In this document: piece after piece, positions 19,496-28,926 of the stretch
Numbering within the stretch: the stretch's first letter is position 1
How the letters are laid out: the number at the start of each line of letters is the position of its first letter
Assembly: GCA_036507075.1 (NCBI GenBank)
Contig: DASXQR010000228.1
Span: 1-64,000, forward strand
DNA: 64,000 nucleotides
Origin: Acidobacteriota bacterium
GTDB lineage: Bacteria; Acidobacteriota; UBA6911; JACQSX01
Direction: 5' to 3'
Translations under genes and position numbers: made by a program
Notes under the pieces: model-generated
The model's input: only the letters and a program-made list of their open reading frames with translations
Told to the model about the DNA's origin: nothing
The model's database searches: none

Positions 19496-19642
19496 TCACC
19501 ACAAAGGCACAAACGGCACAAAATCAACCCGGTGCAGGCAGAGGCCGGTCAGTCTAAATCCGCCACTATAGTCGGCAGTCCGTAGCTGACCGGCCTCTAC
19601 CTGCACCGGGTTCGCTTCGTGTTCTTTGTGTCTTTGTGGTGG
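19496..19642. repeat. nested palindrome with ACCACAAAG arms and a 27-bp inner stem
   Basis: Inner stem 19526-19552/19586-19612; lies between convergent genes. Confidence 0.88.
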
Positions 19643-19659
19643 AGATTTCTTGCCCTGAT

Positions 19660-19929
19660 CTAGTTCACACTGCCTGTGGGTTCCAGGGGCCAGCGTTCAT
19701 CCAGAATGCGCTCAAATCGAGGCCTCAAGATCAGGTCGTAGGTGGATTGCTTGTCGGGAAACATCCGCAGAATTGCCTGCTCGGTATTCTTCACCAGTTC
19801 TACTGCCTGCGTGAGCGTCAGGTCCGGATCCTGATACAGGATGCTGGTAGTCAGGTCCACGAGGAACCGAAGACGCCGGAGTTTCTTCTGTTCGTCGCGT
19901 ATGGCGTCCTGTAATTCGGCGTCGCCCAT
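19660..19929 (-). CDS. small helical hypothetical protein
   Basis: 89 aa clean ORF with protein-like composition (LRRLRFLVD...FPDK..TYDLILRPRFERIL). Confidence 0.75.
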   Translation of the reverse strand: MGDAELQDAIRDEQKKLRRLRFLVDLTTSILYQDPDLTLTQAVELVKNTEQAILRMFPDKQSTYDLILRPRFERILDERWPLEPTGSVN

Positions 19930-20034
19930 AATCTGATTCTAACGGACACGCGCGGCTAAATCCAGTGACAACATTCCGCCTGGCAACAGATTCTTCTTAC
20001 TACACAGCGATTTATGGAGTTGACCCGATCCTCA

Positions 20035-20152
20035 AATGCGGATTTCGGAATGCGGAATGCGGAATAAGTTAGTGATTTTCATTTCGGCGTAAGAAACCTG
20101 AATTCGATATATTCCGCATTCCCCATTCCCCATTCCGCATTCCCCATTCCGC
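20035..20152. repeat. inverted heptamer arrays (GGAATGC)n ... (CATTCCS)n
   Basis: Same unit at 37501-37732 and 55871-56058. Confidence 0.88.
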
Positions 20153-20156
20153 CGGC

Positions 20157-20384
20157 TCAGACCGCAACTTTCCTTTCTGACTCCAGAATGGCAACGGCAC
20201 GTTCGATACAGGAGATGCAGTAGCCAAAATGCGCCAGTTCCATGTCGGAAATCTCAAGGCCGCAGTTTCGGCAGGGGTTGGCGTGACGTCCGGATTTTCG
20301 GGCGGCAACTGCTCTTCGAATCAATACCCTGGTGTCTGCATTTTCAAAAATCTTTCCTGCCACTCTGACTCGGTAGCTCTTCAT
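20157..20384 (-). CDS. small CxxC...CxxC putative zinc-binding protein downstream of lexA
   Basis: GGGAGG RBS; 75 aa; CRNC and CISC motifs. Confidence 0.7.
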   Translation of the reverse strand: MKSYRVRVAGKIFENADTRVLIRRAVAARKSGRHANPCRNCGLEISDMELAHFGYCISCIERAVAILESERKVAV

Positions 20385-20513
20385 GAGAATCCTCCCTGTC
20401 ACGATCAGGCCTGGACAGCGGAGCTCAAGCCGAACCCTCCACCAAAGTTCGACTTGAGTTCTCCGCTCCAATGCGGAACCCCGATAAGGGGACCGCAAAG
20501 TGAATGCTCTGCC

Positions 20514-21113
20514 TTATCGGTATTTCCGCATCACGCCGACGACCACGCCCTGAATCTGTACTCTTTCTTCTGCCACCACGATCGGCTTGAACTCCGGATT
20601 GGAAGGCTGCAACCGGATCACCCCGCCTTCGCGGTAAAACTTCTTCAAAGTGGCCCTGTCGTTGTCTACCAGCGCGATCACCATGTCCCCATTATTTGCC
20701 GTTTTGCGCTGCTCGACGATCACCAGATCTCCGTCTTCAATATGCTCGTCGATCATCGAACTGCCCCGCACTTTGAGAACAAAGTTCTTCTGCGTGTGGG
20801 AAACAAAATCCTCGGGGATTGAAATCATCTCGGGGTTCTCAATGGCCTCGACCGGGGCGCCTGCAGCGACGTAGCCGAGCAGCGGAAGTTGAACGCTTTG
20901 AAACCGGTTCAGCAACTGGATCGATCGGGCATGATTGCTGGCGCGATGGATGTAGCCTCTTTTCTCCAGGGCGGCCAGATGTTTGAAGACCGCGTTCACG
21001 GACGCGATGTCAAACCGGGCGGCGATTTCCTCCAGGGAAGGTGAATAGCCCTGGCGCTCGCCGAATTCTTCAATGAATTCCAGTATTTGCTTCTGCCTGG
21101 CGGTCAGGTTCAT
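20514..21113 (-). CDS. lexA: SOS transcriptional repressor LexA
   Basis: LTARQ..IL, YSPSLEEIA wHTH, VAAG cleavage site, GSSM catalytic Ser, ATLKKF catalytic Lys. Confidence 0.97.
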   Translation of the reverse strand: MNLTARQKQILEFIEEFGERQGYSPSLEEIAARFDIASVNAVFKHLAALEKRGYIHRASNHARSIQLLNRFQSVQLPLLGYVAAGAPVEAIENPEMISIPEDFVSHTQKNFVLKVRGSSMIDEHIEDGDLVIVEQRKTANNGDMVIALVDNDRATLKKFYREGGVIRLQPSNPEFKPIVVAEERVQIQGVVVGVMRKYR

Positions 21114-21132
21114 AGCTATCTTTTTCCCTTTT

Positions 21133-21173
21133 TTTCACCTGAAGTATTTTAGTGGAGAAATGGTGAAAGTCAA
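21133..21173 (-). promoter_or_regulatory. lexA sigma70-type promoter with candidate operator
   Basis: Minus strand TTGACT-N16-TAAAAT; inverted TTTCACC/GGTGAAA at 21133-21139/21162-21168. Confidence 0.55.
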
Positions 21174-21229
21174 CGGGAAAATTTGAAAATTCCAAAATTT
21201 AAAATTGAAGAATTGCCGAATGGAGTGTT

Positions 21230-21370
21230 CCACCACAAAGGCACGAAGGACACAAAGTTAGGCCTGGGTGCCGCTGACCGGTTTTGCTTCGTGCCCTTTG
21301 TGCCTTTGTGGTTTAAGTTCGAGTTTCCTCACCCAACTCGAAACTCGTAACCCGGAAACCCGTAACCCGG
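21230..21370. repeat. ACCACAAAG-arm palindrome followed by (AACYCG)-type array
   Basis: Palindrome 21230-21312; degenerate repeats 21318-21370. Confidence 0.8.
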
Positions 21371-21377
21371 AGGAGAC

Positions 21378-22220
21378 TTACATCCGGATGCCTTCGCCGC
21401 GCTGGCGCGCCCTGGGAGGTTCAAGATTGACTTGCGCCGACTGTTTCTGGCCGTTCCGATAAAACTCAATCTGCGCAGAGGTCACATCGCGACGCAGCGC
21501 CTCCTGCAGGTCCTGAGTTTCGTTGACGGCTTTGCCATTGACCGAAACGATTACATCTCCGGCCCTCAGTCCCGCCTTCTGGGCGGCGCTGTTTTCGGTG
21601 ACACCGGCCACCAGCACTCCCGTCTTGCCAGGCACTTTTAGAAACTCCGCCAGTTGTTCGGTCAGATTTTGCACCTGAACGCCCAGGCGGGCCGGGGGTC
21701 GTACCATGGAATTGATGATATTAGGCATCCCGTTCAACTCAATGCGCGGCTCAAAACGAAACTCTCTGCCCGGCGTGCCGGCAAAGACATGGCGCGAGTC
21801 CTCACGCAGCTTCACACTGACCGACTTGCGTTGTCCGCCGCGGACCACAGTCAAATTAACCCCCCGGCCGGCCGGCGTTTCTCTGATCAACCGTCTCAAC
21901 TGGGCCGCGCTGTGGATCATTTCCCCGTCGAATTCGACCACAACATCCTGTTCCTGCAGTCCGGCTTCGGATGCAGGGGTATTGGGTAGAACCTTGTCAA
22001 TTACGGCGCCGCGCTCAGCAGGAAGTTTGAGGCGAGAAACATCATCACTGCGAACTTCACGCACCTGCACACCGAGTTGAGCGCCCCCCTGAAAGAAGAA
22101 ATTCATAAACGGTTCATCGCGCTGCTCCGGCTCCTGGGAATTTGCCCTGAGAAAGGTCACCATTCCGACAACGAGCACTCCGCCGAACAGGGTCGTCAGC
22201 CATACCTTTTTAGTCATCAT
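21378..22220 (-). CDS. exported two-PDZ-domain protein (no protease domain)
   Basis: N-terminal signal/TM; two LGVQV...PA..AGL..GDV PDZ repeats. Confidence 0.88.
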   Translation of the reverse strand: MMTKKVWLTTLFGGVLVVGMVTFLRANSQEPEQRDEPFMNFFFQGGAQLGVQVREVRSDDVSRLKLPAERGAVIDKVLPNTPASEAGLQEQDVVVEFDGEMIHSAAQLRRLIRETPAGRGVNLTVVRGGQRKSVSVKLREDSRHVFAGTPGREFRFEPRIELNGMPNIINSMVRPPARLGVQVQNLTEQLAEFLKVPGKTGVLVAGVTENSAAQKAGLRAGDVIVSVNGKAVNETQDLQEALRRDVTSAQIEFYRNGQKQSAQVNLEPPRARQRGEGIRM

Positions 22221-22313
22221 TTTGAAACCTCCAGACTGAAGAATCGTTAATGTGATCAGCTAGTGCACGGTAATGGTGGAGCGTGCCCATCGGGACACCT
22301 CAACGTTTTCAGG

Positions 22314-22369
22314 CGTAGAGACGCGGCATGCCGCATCAGAGCTCAGACGCGACATGTCGCGTCTCTACG
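22314..22369. repeat. GTAG-type REP doublet
   Basis: CGTAGAGACGCGGCATGCCGCATC...AGACGCGACATGTCGCGTCTCTACG. Confidence 0.8.
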
Positions 22370-22523
22370 GTATCGATGCAAATGGCACCGCACACTATTG
22401 GTTTTCACTTCCAGCATTTGCACGTTAACTGGCTCGACTTCGTTCCAAAAATGTTACGACAAAAGCGGGACGCCTTTGGTATTCTGTAAATCGCTAAGTC
22501 AAAGAATTTGGAGGATTTTTTCA

Positions 22524-23654
22524 ATGAGACTTCGTAATCGCGCGGCAGTGCTTTTATACGTTTTCGTCGCCGCTTGTCTGATGTGCACAGCTTTCGGCCA
22601 GAACGGGGGCCAGGCACCCGCTCCGGAAAAGAAACAGGACAGCAAAAAAGAACAGTCGGGAAAGGAAAATCAGCAAAATACGAATCCCTCGCAGACTCCC
22701 ACTCCGATTGAAGATCCCAATGTAAAACGGGCCGATCTCCCGCCGCCGCCCCCGCCGACGGACAACAATCGACTTCTGACTCTCGATCCCAAGACCGTGA
22801 TTGGAGAAGTGAACGGCCAGCCGGTGCGCCTTGAGGATATCAACCGCATTATCGACTTCGGAAATCCTGATATCAAAGCGCAGCCATGGAATGATGTCAC
22901 GAAAAAAGACCTGTTGCAGAAATATCTGGAATATCAAAGCTTTTATTACGAGGCGCTGGCCAACAAGGTGGATGAAAATCCGGATATTCGCGGCCGGTTG
23001 GAGCTTTTCAGGCAACAGCTCTACGCCAACCATTACCTTTCCCAGGAAGCCAAAAAGATCAAACCGACCGAGGCGGAGTTGAAAAAATACTACGAAGAGC
23101 ACCGCAAGGAATTTGAAACTCCGGAAAACCTCAACGCCAGTCACATCCTGGTCAAAACGGAGGCCGAGGCCAGGGACATAAAAAAGCAGCTTGACGCTGG
23201 CGCCGATTTCGCAACCCTGGCCAAGCAGTACTCGCTCGATACCACCAATAAGGACCGGGGCGGTGAGTTGGGGTTTTTTATGCGAGGGGCCATGCTTCCT
23301 GCCTTCGACGAGGCTGCCTTCAAGCTCAAACCCGGAGTGATCAGCGATCCCGTCCAAACGAGCTTTGGGTGGCATGTCATAAAAGTAACCGAGGTCCGGC
23401 CACGGAGTGTCCAATCTTTTGACGAATCTAAAAAGAACCTGGAGTCCCGGCTTACGGCTCAAATGCAGCAGGACTGGTTTAATAAGAAGCGGGAAGAGCT
23501 GAAAAACAAATATGGAGTGAAGGTTTACGAGCAGTACTTTACGCCTCCAGGCAACCCGCAATCGGCTCCCGCCAACGCGCCGGTGCCCGCTCTCCAGGAC
23601 AAAAAGCCCGGCACGCCGGCCCTGACAAAACCTGTACCTCCAGACGGGAATTGA
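22524..23654 (+). CDS. parvulin-type peptidyl-prolyl isomerase (PrsA/SurA-like)
   Basis: GGAGG RBS, signal peptide, ASHILVKTE, FATLAKQYS.D, GGELG, SDPVQTSFGWHVIK. Confidence 0.92.
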   Translation: MRLRNRAAVLLYVFVAACLMCTAFGQNGGQAPAPEKKQDSKKEQSGKENQQNTNPSQTPTPIEDPNVKRADLPPPPPPTDNNRLLTLDPKTVIGEVNGQPVRLEDINRIIDFGNPDIKAQPWNDVTKKDLLQKYLEYQSFYYEALANKVDENPDIRGRLELFRQQLYANHYLSQEAKKIKPTEAELKKYYEEHRKEFETPENLNASHILVKTEAEARDIKKQLDAGADFATLAKQYSLDTTNKDRGGELGFFMRGAMLPAFDEAAFKLKPGVISDPVQTSFGWHVIKVTEVRPRSVQSFDESKKNLESRLTAQMQQDWFNKKREELKNKYGVKVYEQYFTPPGNPQSAPANAPVPALQDKKPGTPALTKPVPPDGN

Positions 23655-23704
23655 TTTTGCAGTTAAATTCGTGCAACTTTTGAATTCACCGCTTATCACA
23701 CAAA

Positions 23705-24358
23705 GTGAGCGATAACTTACAGAGCGAGGTCGCCCGGTCAAGTCGACAGAAAAAGAGAGACGAATTCGCGCCGGAACAGTTGCAAGTTCTTGTGAGTAAA
23801 GCACAAAACGGCGACGTGGCGGCTTTTCAGGAGCTCTATGGCGGTTACGCCAAAAAAATTCTGAATTACGTTTACCGGATGACCGGCTCGCGCGAGGAAG
23901 CGGAGGATTTGACACAGGATACTTTCATTCTGGCGTTTCGAAACCTGAAAAGCCTGAAAGAGAGTTCCAAGTTCCAGTCCTGGTTGTATCGCATCGCTCA
24001 AAATAACGTTTATCAGAAGTACCGAACCCGATTGCCGCATACGGAATCGATTGAAAGTTCTAATGAAGAATTCGGCATTCTGGAGACACCAGCCGCCGAT
24101 AAGACACCGGAGGGAGAAATCCTTTCCAAAGAGTTGCACGGGGTAGTGCAGAAGGTAATTGACGAGCTCCCCGACAAATACAAGCAGGTTTTTGTGCTTT
24201 CAGCAATTCACAAGTACAGCTATGAAGCGATCGCGGAAATCGTGGGGCGTTCGCTCGCTTCTGTAAAGTCTGACATTCATCGAGCCCGCGTCGAAGTCAG
24301 GGACCGAGTAAAAAAGTATCTGGGTGATAATTATGGAATGTCTGGCATGCAAGGATAA
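23705..24358 (+). CDS. ECF RNA polymerase sigma factor
   Basis: AEDLTQDTF, SWLYRIA, SYEAIAE...SVKS.IHRAR. Confidence 0.93.
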   Translation: MSDNLQSEVARSSRQKKRDEFAPEQLQVLVSKAQNGDVAAFQELYGGYAKKILNYVYRMTGSREEAEDLTQDTFILAFRNLKSLKESSKFQSWLYRIAQNNVYQKYRTRLPHTESIESSNEEFGILETPAADKTPEGEILSKELHGVVQKVIDELPDKYKQVFVLSAIHKYSYEAIAEIVGRSLASVKSDIHRARVEVRDRVKKYLGDNYGMSGMQG

Positions 24359-24950
24359 TCTGACGGCCTATCTGGACGAGGAACTGAGTCCGGAAGAGCA
24401 GGAATCGGTGGAACGCCACCTCGGTCAGTGCGCCCGATGCAACGCCGAATATCTTTCCCTGGCGGAATCGTTCCGGCTGGTGGAGAGCGCGCTCGAAGAA
24501 CTTCCGCTTTCACCCAACATCTGGCAGCACGTACACGCCGGCATCGCTCCGACAGCACGCCCGGAAAGAAAGCGCTGGCAGGAATCCCTGGCGGCTCTCT
24601 TTCGAACACCGACACTCGCCTGGGCCTCGACCTCTCTCGGCCTGTTTTTACTGGCCGGGTCAATGCTTGTGATTTTGCGTTCTCAACAGGTTCAGAGTCC
24701 GGAGCTGGAAGCGCTGCGGGGACGCTTGAACGTGCTCATCGATCAAATGGAACAGCACGAACGCGTGCCGCATAATTTCCTGCACACCACCGACGACGAG
24801 TATTATTTCAACCCCTTTGCCCCGGAGCACAGGACCATCAACGTGAATCCGTTCCGGACAGAGACCCGGGACACTCTTTACAAGCCCAAGGAAACAAGCG
24901 GCGTGACGGGTCTCCCGGTCCAGGTCATGCCAGCGAGTGAAAGAAGATGA
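24333..24950 (+). CDS. zf-HC2 (ZAS) anti-sigma factor
   Basis: C...L.AYLDEELS......HLGQCARC followed by a TM helix. Confidence 0.9.
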   Translation: MECLACKDNLTAYLDEELSPEEQESVERHLGQCARCNAEYLSLAESFRLVESALEELPLSPNIWQHVHAGIAPTARPERKRWQESLAALFRTPTLAWASTSLGLFLLAGSMLVILRSQQVQSPELEALRGRLNVLIDQMEQHERVPHNFLHTTDDEYYFNPFAPEHRTINVNPFRTETRDTLYKPKETSGVTGLPVQVMPASERR

Positions 24951-25387
24951 AAGAGTATCGCTTAATCCCAGCCTTGTTGTGCCTCATGTTTGTTCCTCTG
25001 CTGGCCTCGTCGCAGGATTCGGAATGGGAACAGGTTCGCCGGCAGGCCGAATCCCATCATGAAATTGTCGCGCTTTTAGTGCGCCAGAATAATTTCCGGC
25101 AGGTGCTCCCGGAAATGCGGAAAATCTTCGCGCTCAGGTTTCCGGAAAAATACGAATCCATGCTGAGCCAGGAAATTCAAGTGGTCGCCGACGCGCTGAT
25201 GCACAAGAACCAGCACGATCTGGCTCTGCAGGTCATCGATGAAGGCCTGAAGAGTTTGAAACTCGATTCCAATAAGGCCGATGTATGCAGAAAGAAGGCC
25301 CACATCCTGAAGCGCCAGGGCAAGGAAGACGAGGCTCTCAAGTGCTTCAAGCTTTCTCTGGAGTTAGACGCCCGGAAGTCGCACTAA
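24947..25387 (+). CDS. secreted TPR-like protein
   Basis: Signal peptide; helical TPR-like C-terminus; ATGA overlap. Confidence 0.75.
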   Translation: MKEYRLIPALLCLMFVPLLASSQDSEWEQVRRQAESHHEIVALLVRQNNFRQVLPEMRKIFALRFPEKYESMLSQEIQVVADALMHKNQHDLALQVIDEGLKSLKLDSNKADVCRKKAHILKRQGKEDEALKCFKLSLELDARKSH

Positions 25388-25390
25388 GCT

Positions 25391-25582
25391 CGAGTTTCGG
25401 GCTGACGGGTTACGGGTTTACGAGTTACGGGTTCGGGAATTATTCAGCATCACGTCTGTAGTTTTCGATCTTCAATTTGACAAACTCTCAAACCGCAACT
25501 CACAACCCGCAAACCCGTAACCCGCAAACCCGCAACCCACAAACCCGCAACCCGTAACCCGCAAACCCGAAACTCGCAAACC
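25391..25582. repeat. inverted 7/8-mer arrays (ACGGGTT)n ... (AACCCGY)n
   Basis: Short left arm and long right arm; same unit as 35948-36165. Confidence 0.88.
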
Positions 25583-25651
25583 TGTCGCCGGCCTCCGCTA
25601 ATTGAATTCGCCTCCTCCATCCCTTATCATTCCTTAATTGAAGGTGAGGCA

Positions 25652-27328
25652 ATGAACAAGAGCCGCAGGACGATCTCGGATCTGACCGCCCGCAAGGAGT
25701 GGGAAGAACAAACGCTTTCGCCCGCGCTCGAGAAGATGCCGGAACGCGACGTTCCATTTACAACGGTTTCCGGCCGGCAGATTGAGCGGCTCCACACACC
25801 GGAAGATCTTCAGCATTGGGATCCGCTGCAGGAACTCGGGTTTCCGGGGGAGTTTCCATTTACCCGCGGGATTCATCCCGCTATGTACCGAAGCAAGCTC
25901 TGGACAATGCGCCAGTTCTCGGGCTTCGGCACTCCGGAAGACACAAACCAGAGATTCAAATACCTGCTCTCGCAGGGCCAGACGGGACTTTCCGTCGCGT
26001 TCGACCTGCCGACGCTGATGGGCATCGATTCGGACAGCCCTCTTGCCGAAGGTGAAGTTGGAAAATGCGGAGTTTCAGTGGCGTCACTGGCGGACATGGA
26101 GGCGCTGTTTGATGGAATTCCGCTGGCCGAAGTTACAACATCCATGACCATCAATGCGCCCGCGGCGGTGATCTTTGCAATGTATGTCGCAGTGGCGGAA
26201 AAGCAGGGAGCGGACCTGGCAAAGATTTCCGGCACCATCCAAAACGATATCCTGAAGGAATATATCGCCCAGAAGGAATGGATTTATCCGCCGCGTCCCT
26301 CGATGCGTCTGGTGATCGATTCATTCCGGTTCTGCGCGGACGAAGTGCCCCGCTGGAATTCCATTTCGATATCCGGCTATCACATCCGTGAAGCGGGAAG
26401 CACCGCACTGCAGGAGCTGGCGTTTACTCTGCGCGACGGAATCGAGTACGTCCAATGGGCGATTGATTCAGGCCTGGGGGTGGATGCTTTCGCGCCCCGG
26501 CTCAGTTTCTTTTTCAACTCGCACAATGATTTCTTCGAGGAGATTGCGAAGTTCCGGGCGGCCCGCCGCATCTGGGCCAGAGTGATGCGCGAACGTTTCC
26601 GCGCGCAGGATGCCCGCTCCTGGCTTTGTCGCTTCCATACGCAGACAGCGGGCTGCAGCCTGACGGCCCAGCAGCCGCACAACAACGTGGTGCGCACCGC
26701 CATCCAGGCGCTGGCGGCGGTATTGGGCGGCACCCAGTCGCTGCACACCAATTCCCTCGATGAGGCGCTCGCGCTGCCCACCGAGTCGGCCGCGCAGCTT
26801 GCGCTGCGCACCCAACAGATACTGGCTTACGAGAGCGGAATTGCCAACACGGTCGATCCTCTGGGCGGGTCCTACTTTGTGGAGAAACTGACCAGCGACA
26901 TGGAAGCGGGTGCGTTGGATTATTTCGAACGCATCGACAAAATGGGCGGAATGATCGCCGCCATTGAAAAAGGATTTCCGCAGCGCGAGATTCAGGAAGC
27001 ATCCTATCAGTACCAGAAGGCTCTGGAAGCCGGCAAAAAGGTGGTCGTCGGTATGAACCGGTTTACCGAAAGCGTGGAGCAGCCGGTTGAAATTCTTCAA
27101 ATCGGCGAGAACGTGGCCGCGCATCAAAAGCAGCGCCTCGCACAGGTTCGCGCAAGCCGGAACAACCGCAAAGTGCGAGAGCTGCTCGGCAGCCTGCAAC
27201 AGGCCGCCCGAACAGATCGAAATCTGCTTCCGGCGATGGTAGAGGCCGTGAAAGAGTACGCTACCGTAGGCGAAATCTGTGATTCTCTGAAGGAAGTTTT
27301 TGGGGTGTACGAAGAACCTGCGATTTAG
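25652..27328 (+). CDS. methylmalonyl-CoA mutase, substrate-binding (N-terminal domain) subunit
   Basis: [58 protein letters not shown]. Confidence 0.95.
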   Translation: MNKSRRTISDLTARKEWEEQTLSPALEKMPERDVPFTTVSGRQIERLHTPEDLQHWDPLQELGFPGEFPFTRGIHPAMYRSKLWTMRQFSGFGTPEDTNQRFKYLLSQGQTGLSVAFDLPTLMGIDSDSPLAEGEVGKCGVSVASLADMEALFDGIPLAEVTTSMTINAPAAVIFAMYVAVAEKQGADLAKISGTIQNDILKEYIAQKEWIYPPRPSMRLVIDSFRFCADEVPRWNSISISGYHIREAGSTALQELAFTLRDGIEYVQWAIDSGLGVDAFAPRLSFFFNSHNDFFEEIAKFRAARRIWARVMRERFRAQDARSWLCRFHTQTAGCSLTAQQPHNNVVRTAIQALAAVLGGTQSLHTNSLDEALALPTESAAQLALRTQQILAYESGIANTVDPLGGSYFVEKLTSDMEAGALDYFERIDKMGGMIAAIEKGFPQREIQEASYQYQKALEAGKKVVVGMNRFTESVEQPVEILQIGENVAAHQKQRLAQVRASRNNRKVRELLGSLQQAARTDRNLLPAMVEAVKEYATVGEICDSLKEVFGVYEEPAI

Positions 27329-27378
27329 TTCTAACGACTTTACAATATGAGGGGATGATTCTTTCGCTGTCGAGAACG

Positions 27379-27555
27379 AAAAGCCGTCCACGTGCACGAC
27401 CACGTCAACGTCCACGAACACATAACGACAACGTCTACGTTGGATGCTCGCATCTGGCGGCAAACAGACTGGAGAGGCTAGAGCTCATTTTTCGTCATCG
27501 TGGACCTGGACGCGGTCGTTGACGTGCACGTGGTCGTAGACGTGGACGGCTTTTT
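27379..27555. repeat. hexamer-array palindrome AAAAGCCGTCCACG...CGTGGACGGCTTTT
   Basis: CACGTC/GACCAC-type hexamers; same family as the inner part of 62661-62910. Confidence 0.85.
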
Positions 27556-27599
27556 GATTGCGTTTCTGGCCCCTTCGCACGTCACGTTTTTATGATCCG

Positions 27600-27998
27600 A
27601 TGCGTAAAATCCGCGTTCTGATCGCAAAACCCGGGCTGGACGGCCATGACCGTGGCGCCAAGGTAATCGCGCGCGCGCTTCGGGACGCCGGAATGGAAGT
27701 GATCTACACCGGATTGCGGCAAACGCCCGAGCAGATAGTGAATGCCGCGCTGCAGGAGGACGTCAATGCCATCGGGCTCTCCATACTCTCGGGAGCGCAC
27801 ATGCATCTTTTTGCCCGCGTGCTGGATTTGATGCGGCAGAAGCAGATGGACGATGTGCTGCTTTTCGGCGGCGGCATCATTCCCGATGAAGACATCGAGC
27901 GACTCAAAGAGATGGGCGTGGCAAAAATCTTTTTGCCCGGAACCTCGACCGACGAGGTGATCGAATACCTTCGTCAAACTGTCCAACCCGCTGCGTGA
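27600..27998 (+). CDS. cobalamin-binding subunit of methylmalonyl-CoA mutase
   Basis: [13 protein letters not shown]xHxxG motif, [14 protein letters not shown]. Confidence 0.95.
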   Translation: MRKIRVLIAKPGLDGHDRGAKVIARALRDAGMEVIYTGLRQTPEQIVNAALQEDVNAIGLSILSGAHMHLFARVLDLMRQKQMDDVLLFGGGIIPDEDIERLKEMGVAKIFLPGTSTDEVIEYLRQTVQPAA

Positions 27999-28703
27999 AT
28001 GAGCAGTGAAGCTTTAACCCGGCTGGCTCAGGAAGTGTACGCGGGGCAGCAGGCGCGCAAGCCGGCACCACCGCTGAGCGCGCAGTTTTATCCTTTTGCC
28101 AGCCTCAACCATACCATCCGCCTTCGCAACGGAAAAATCCTGCTGCGCATCAGTGATTTGATGACGGATGCGCCTGAACCTGCCCTTCGCGCCATCATCG
28201 GCATTCTGCTGCTCAAACTGGACCGCAGGAAAGTTCCCGCGGAACTGGAGGCAATTTACCGCGCCTATGCCCGCGACGCTGACATGCGCGGCAAGGTTCA
28301 CCAGATCCGGAAGCAGAGAGGAAGAAAACTGCTGAACAGCCGGTCGGGCAGGTTTTTTGATCTAGGTTCCAGCTTCGACCGATTGAATCGTGAATATTTC
28401 AACGGAGAGCTGAAAGTGTCAGCCCTCACCTGGAGCCGCTCGAAAACCCGGCGGATTCTGGGGCACTACGACCGGTGCCACGACACGATCGTGATTTCAC
28501 GCAGCCTGGACGCCGAATGGGTGAGCCCGATGCTCTTTCATTACATCCTGTTCCACGAAATGCTTCACGCCAGCATGGACGACCAGTTCCACAACGGAAA
28601 GCGATATGCGCACCATCGGGACTTCAAAACCGCAGAGAAGAAGTTCAAGCACTATCGTGAAGCGCAAAAGTTAATGAAACAGTTTTCCGTGCGGATTCGG
28701 TAA
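27999..28703 (+). CDS. SprT-like/M48-like zinc metallopeptidase
   Basis: FDRLNREYF, LGHYD, YILFHEMLH HExxH, downstream HH..F. Confidence 0.85.
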   Translation: MSSEALTRLAQEVYAGQQARKPAPPLSAQFYPFASLNHTIRLRNGKILLRISDLMTDAPEPALRAIIGILLLKLDRRKVPAELEAIYRAYARDADMRGKVHQIRKQRGRKLLNSRSGRFFDLGSSFDRLNREYFNGELKVSALTWSRSKTRRILGHYDRCHDTIVISRSLDAEWVSPMLFHYILFHEMLHASMDDQFHNGKRYAHHRDFKTAEKKFKHYREAQKLMKQFSVRIR

Positions 28704-28926
28704 CAGTGGTCCGTTGTCAGTGGTCCGTTGTCAGTGGTCAGTTGTCAGTTGTCCGGGGATTGTCACGAAGCCACGAAGACACGAAGCTTTCGGATTGATC
28801 TTGACGGGAACACTTCTGGAAATCCCTGATAATGTTCCGAGAAGTGACACTTTTAGGTCACTTTAGATCTTCGTGTCTTCGTGGCTTCGTGGCAAGTCAC
28901 GGACAACTGACAACGGACCACCGACT
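28704..28926. repeat. nested palindrome: outer (GTCMGTK) heptamer arms around a CACGAAG-arm element
   Basis: Outer arms 28704-28755 and ~28900-28926; inner element 28762-28893. Confidence 0.9.

Noticed and set aside
20514..21113. Prophage repressor
   Set aside because: Canonical LexA wHTH and cleavage motifs, with no phage genes nearby.
22554..23915. Long antisense ORFs (also 6898-8034, 26468-27463, 47804-48754, 57850-58740)
   Set aside because: Shadows of well-supported genes in GC-rich DNA, with no motifs.
25583..25651. Cobalamin riboswitch before the mutase
   Set aside because: No B12-box recognised, and the upstream region is occupied by a repeat element.
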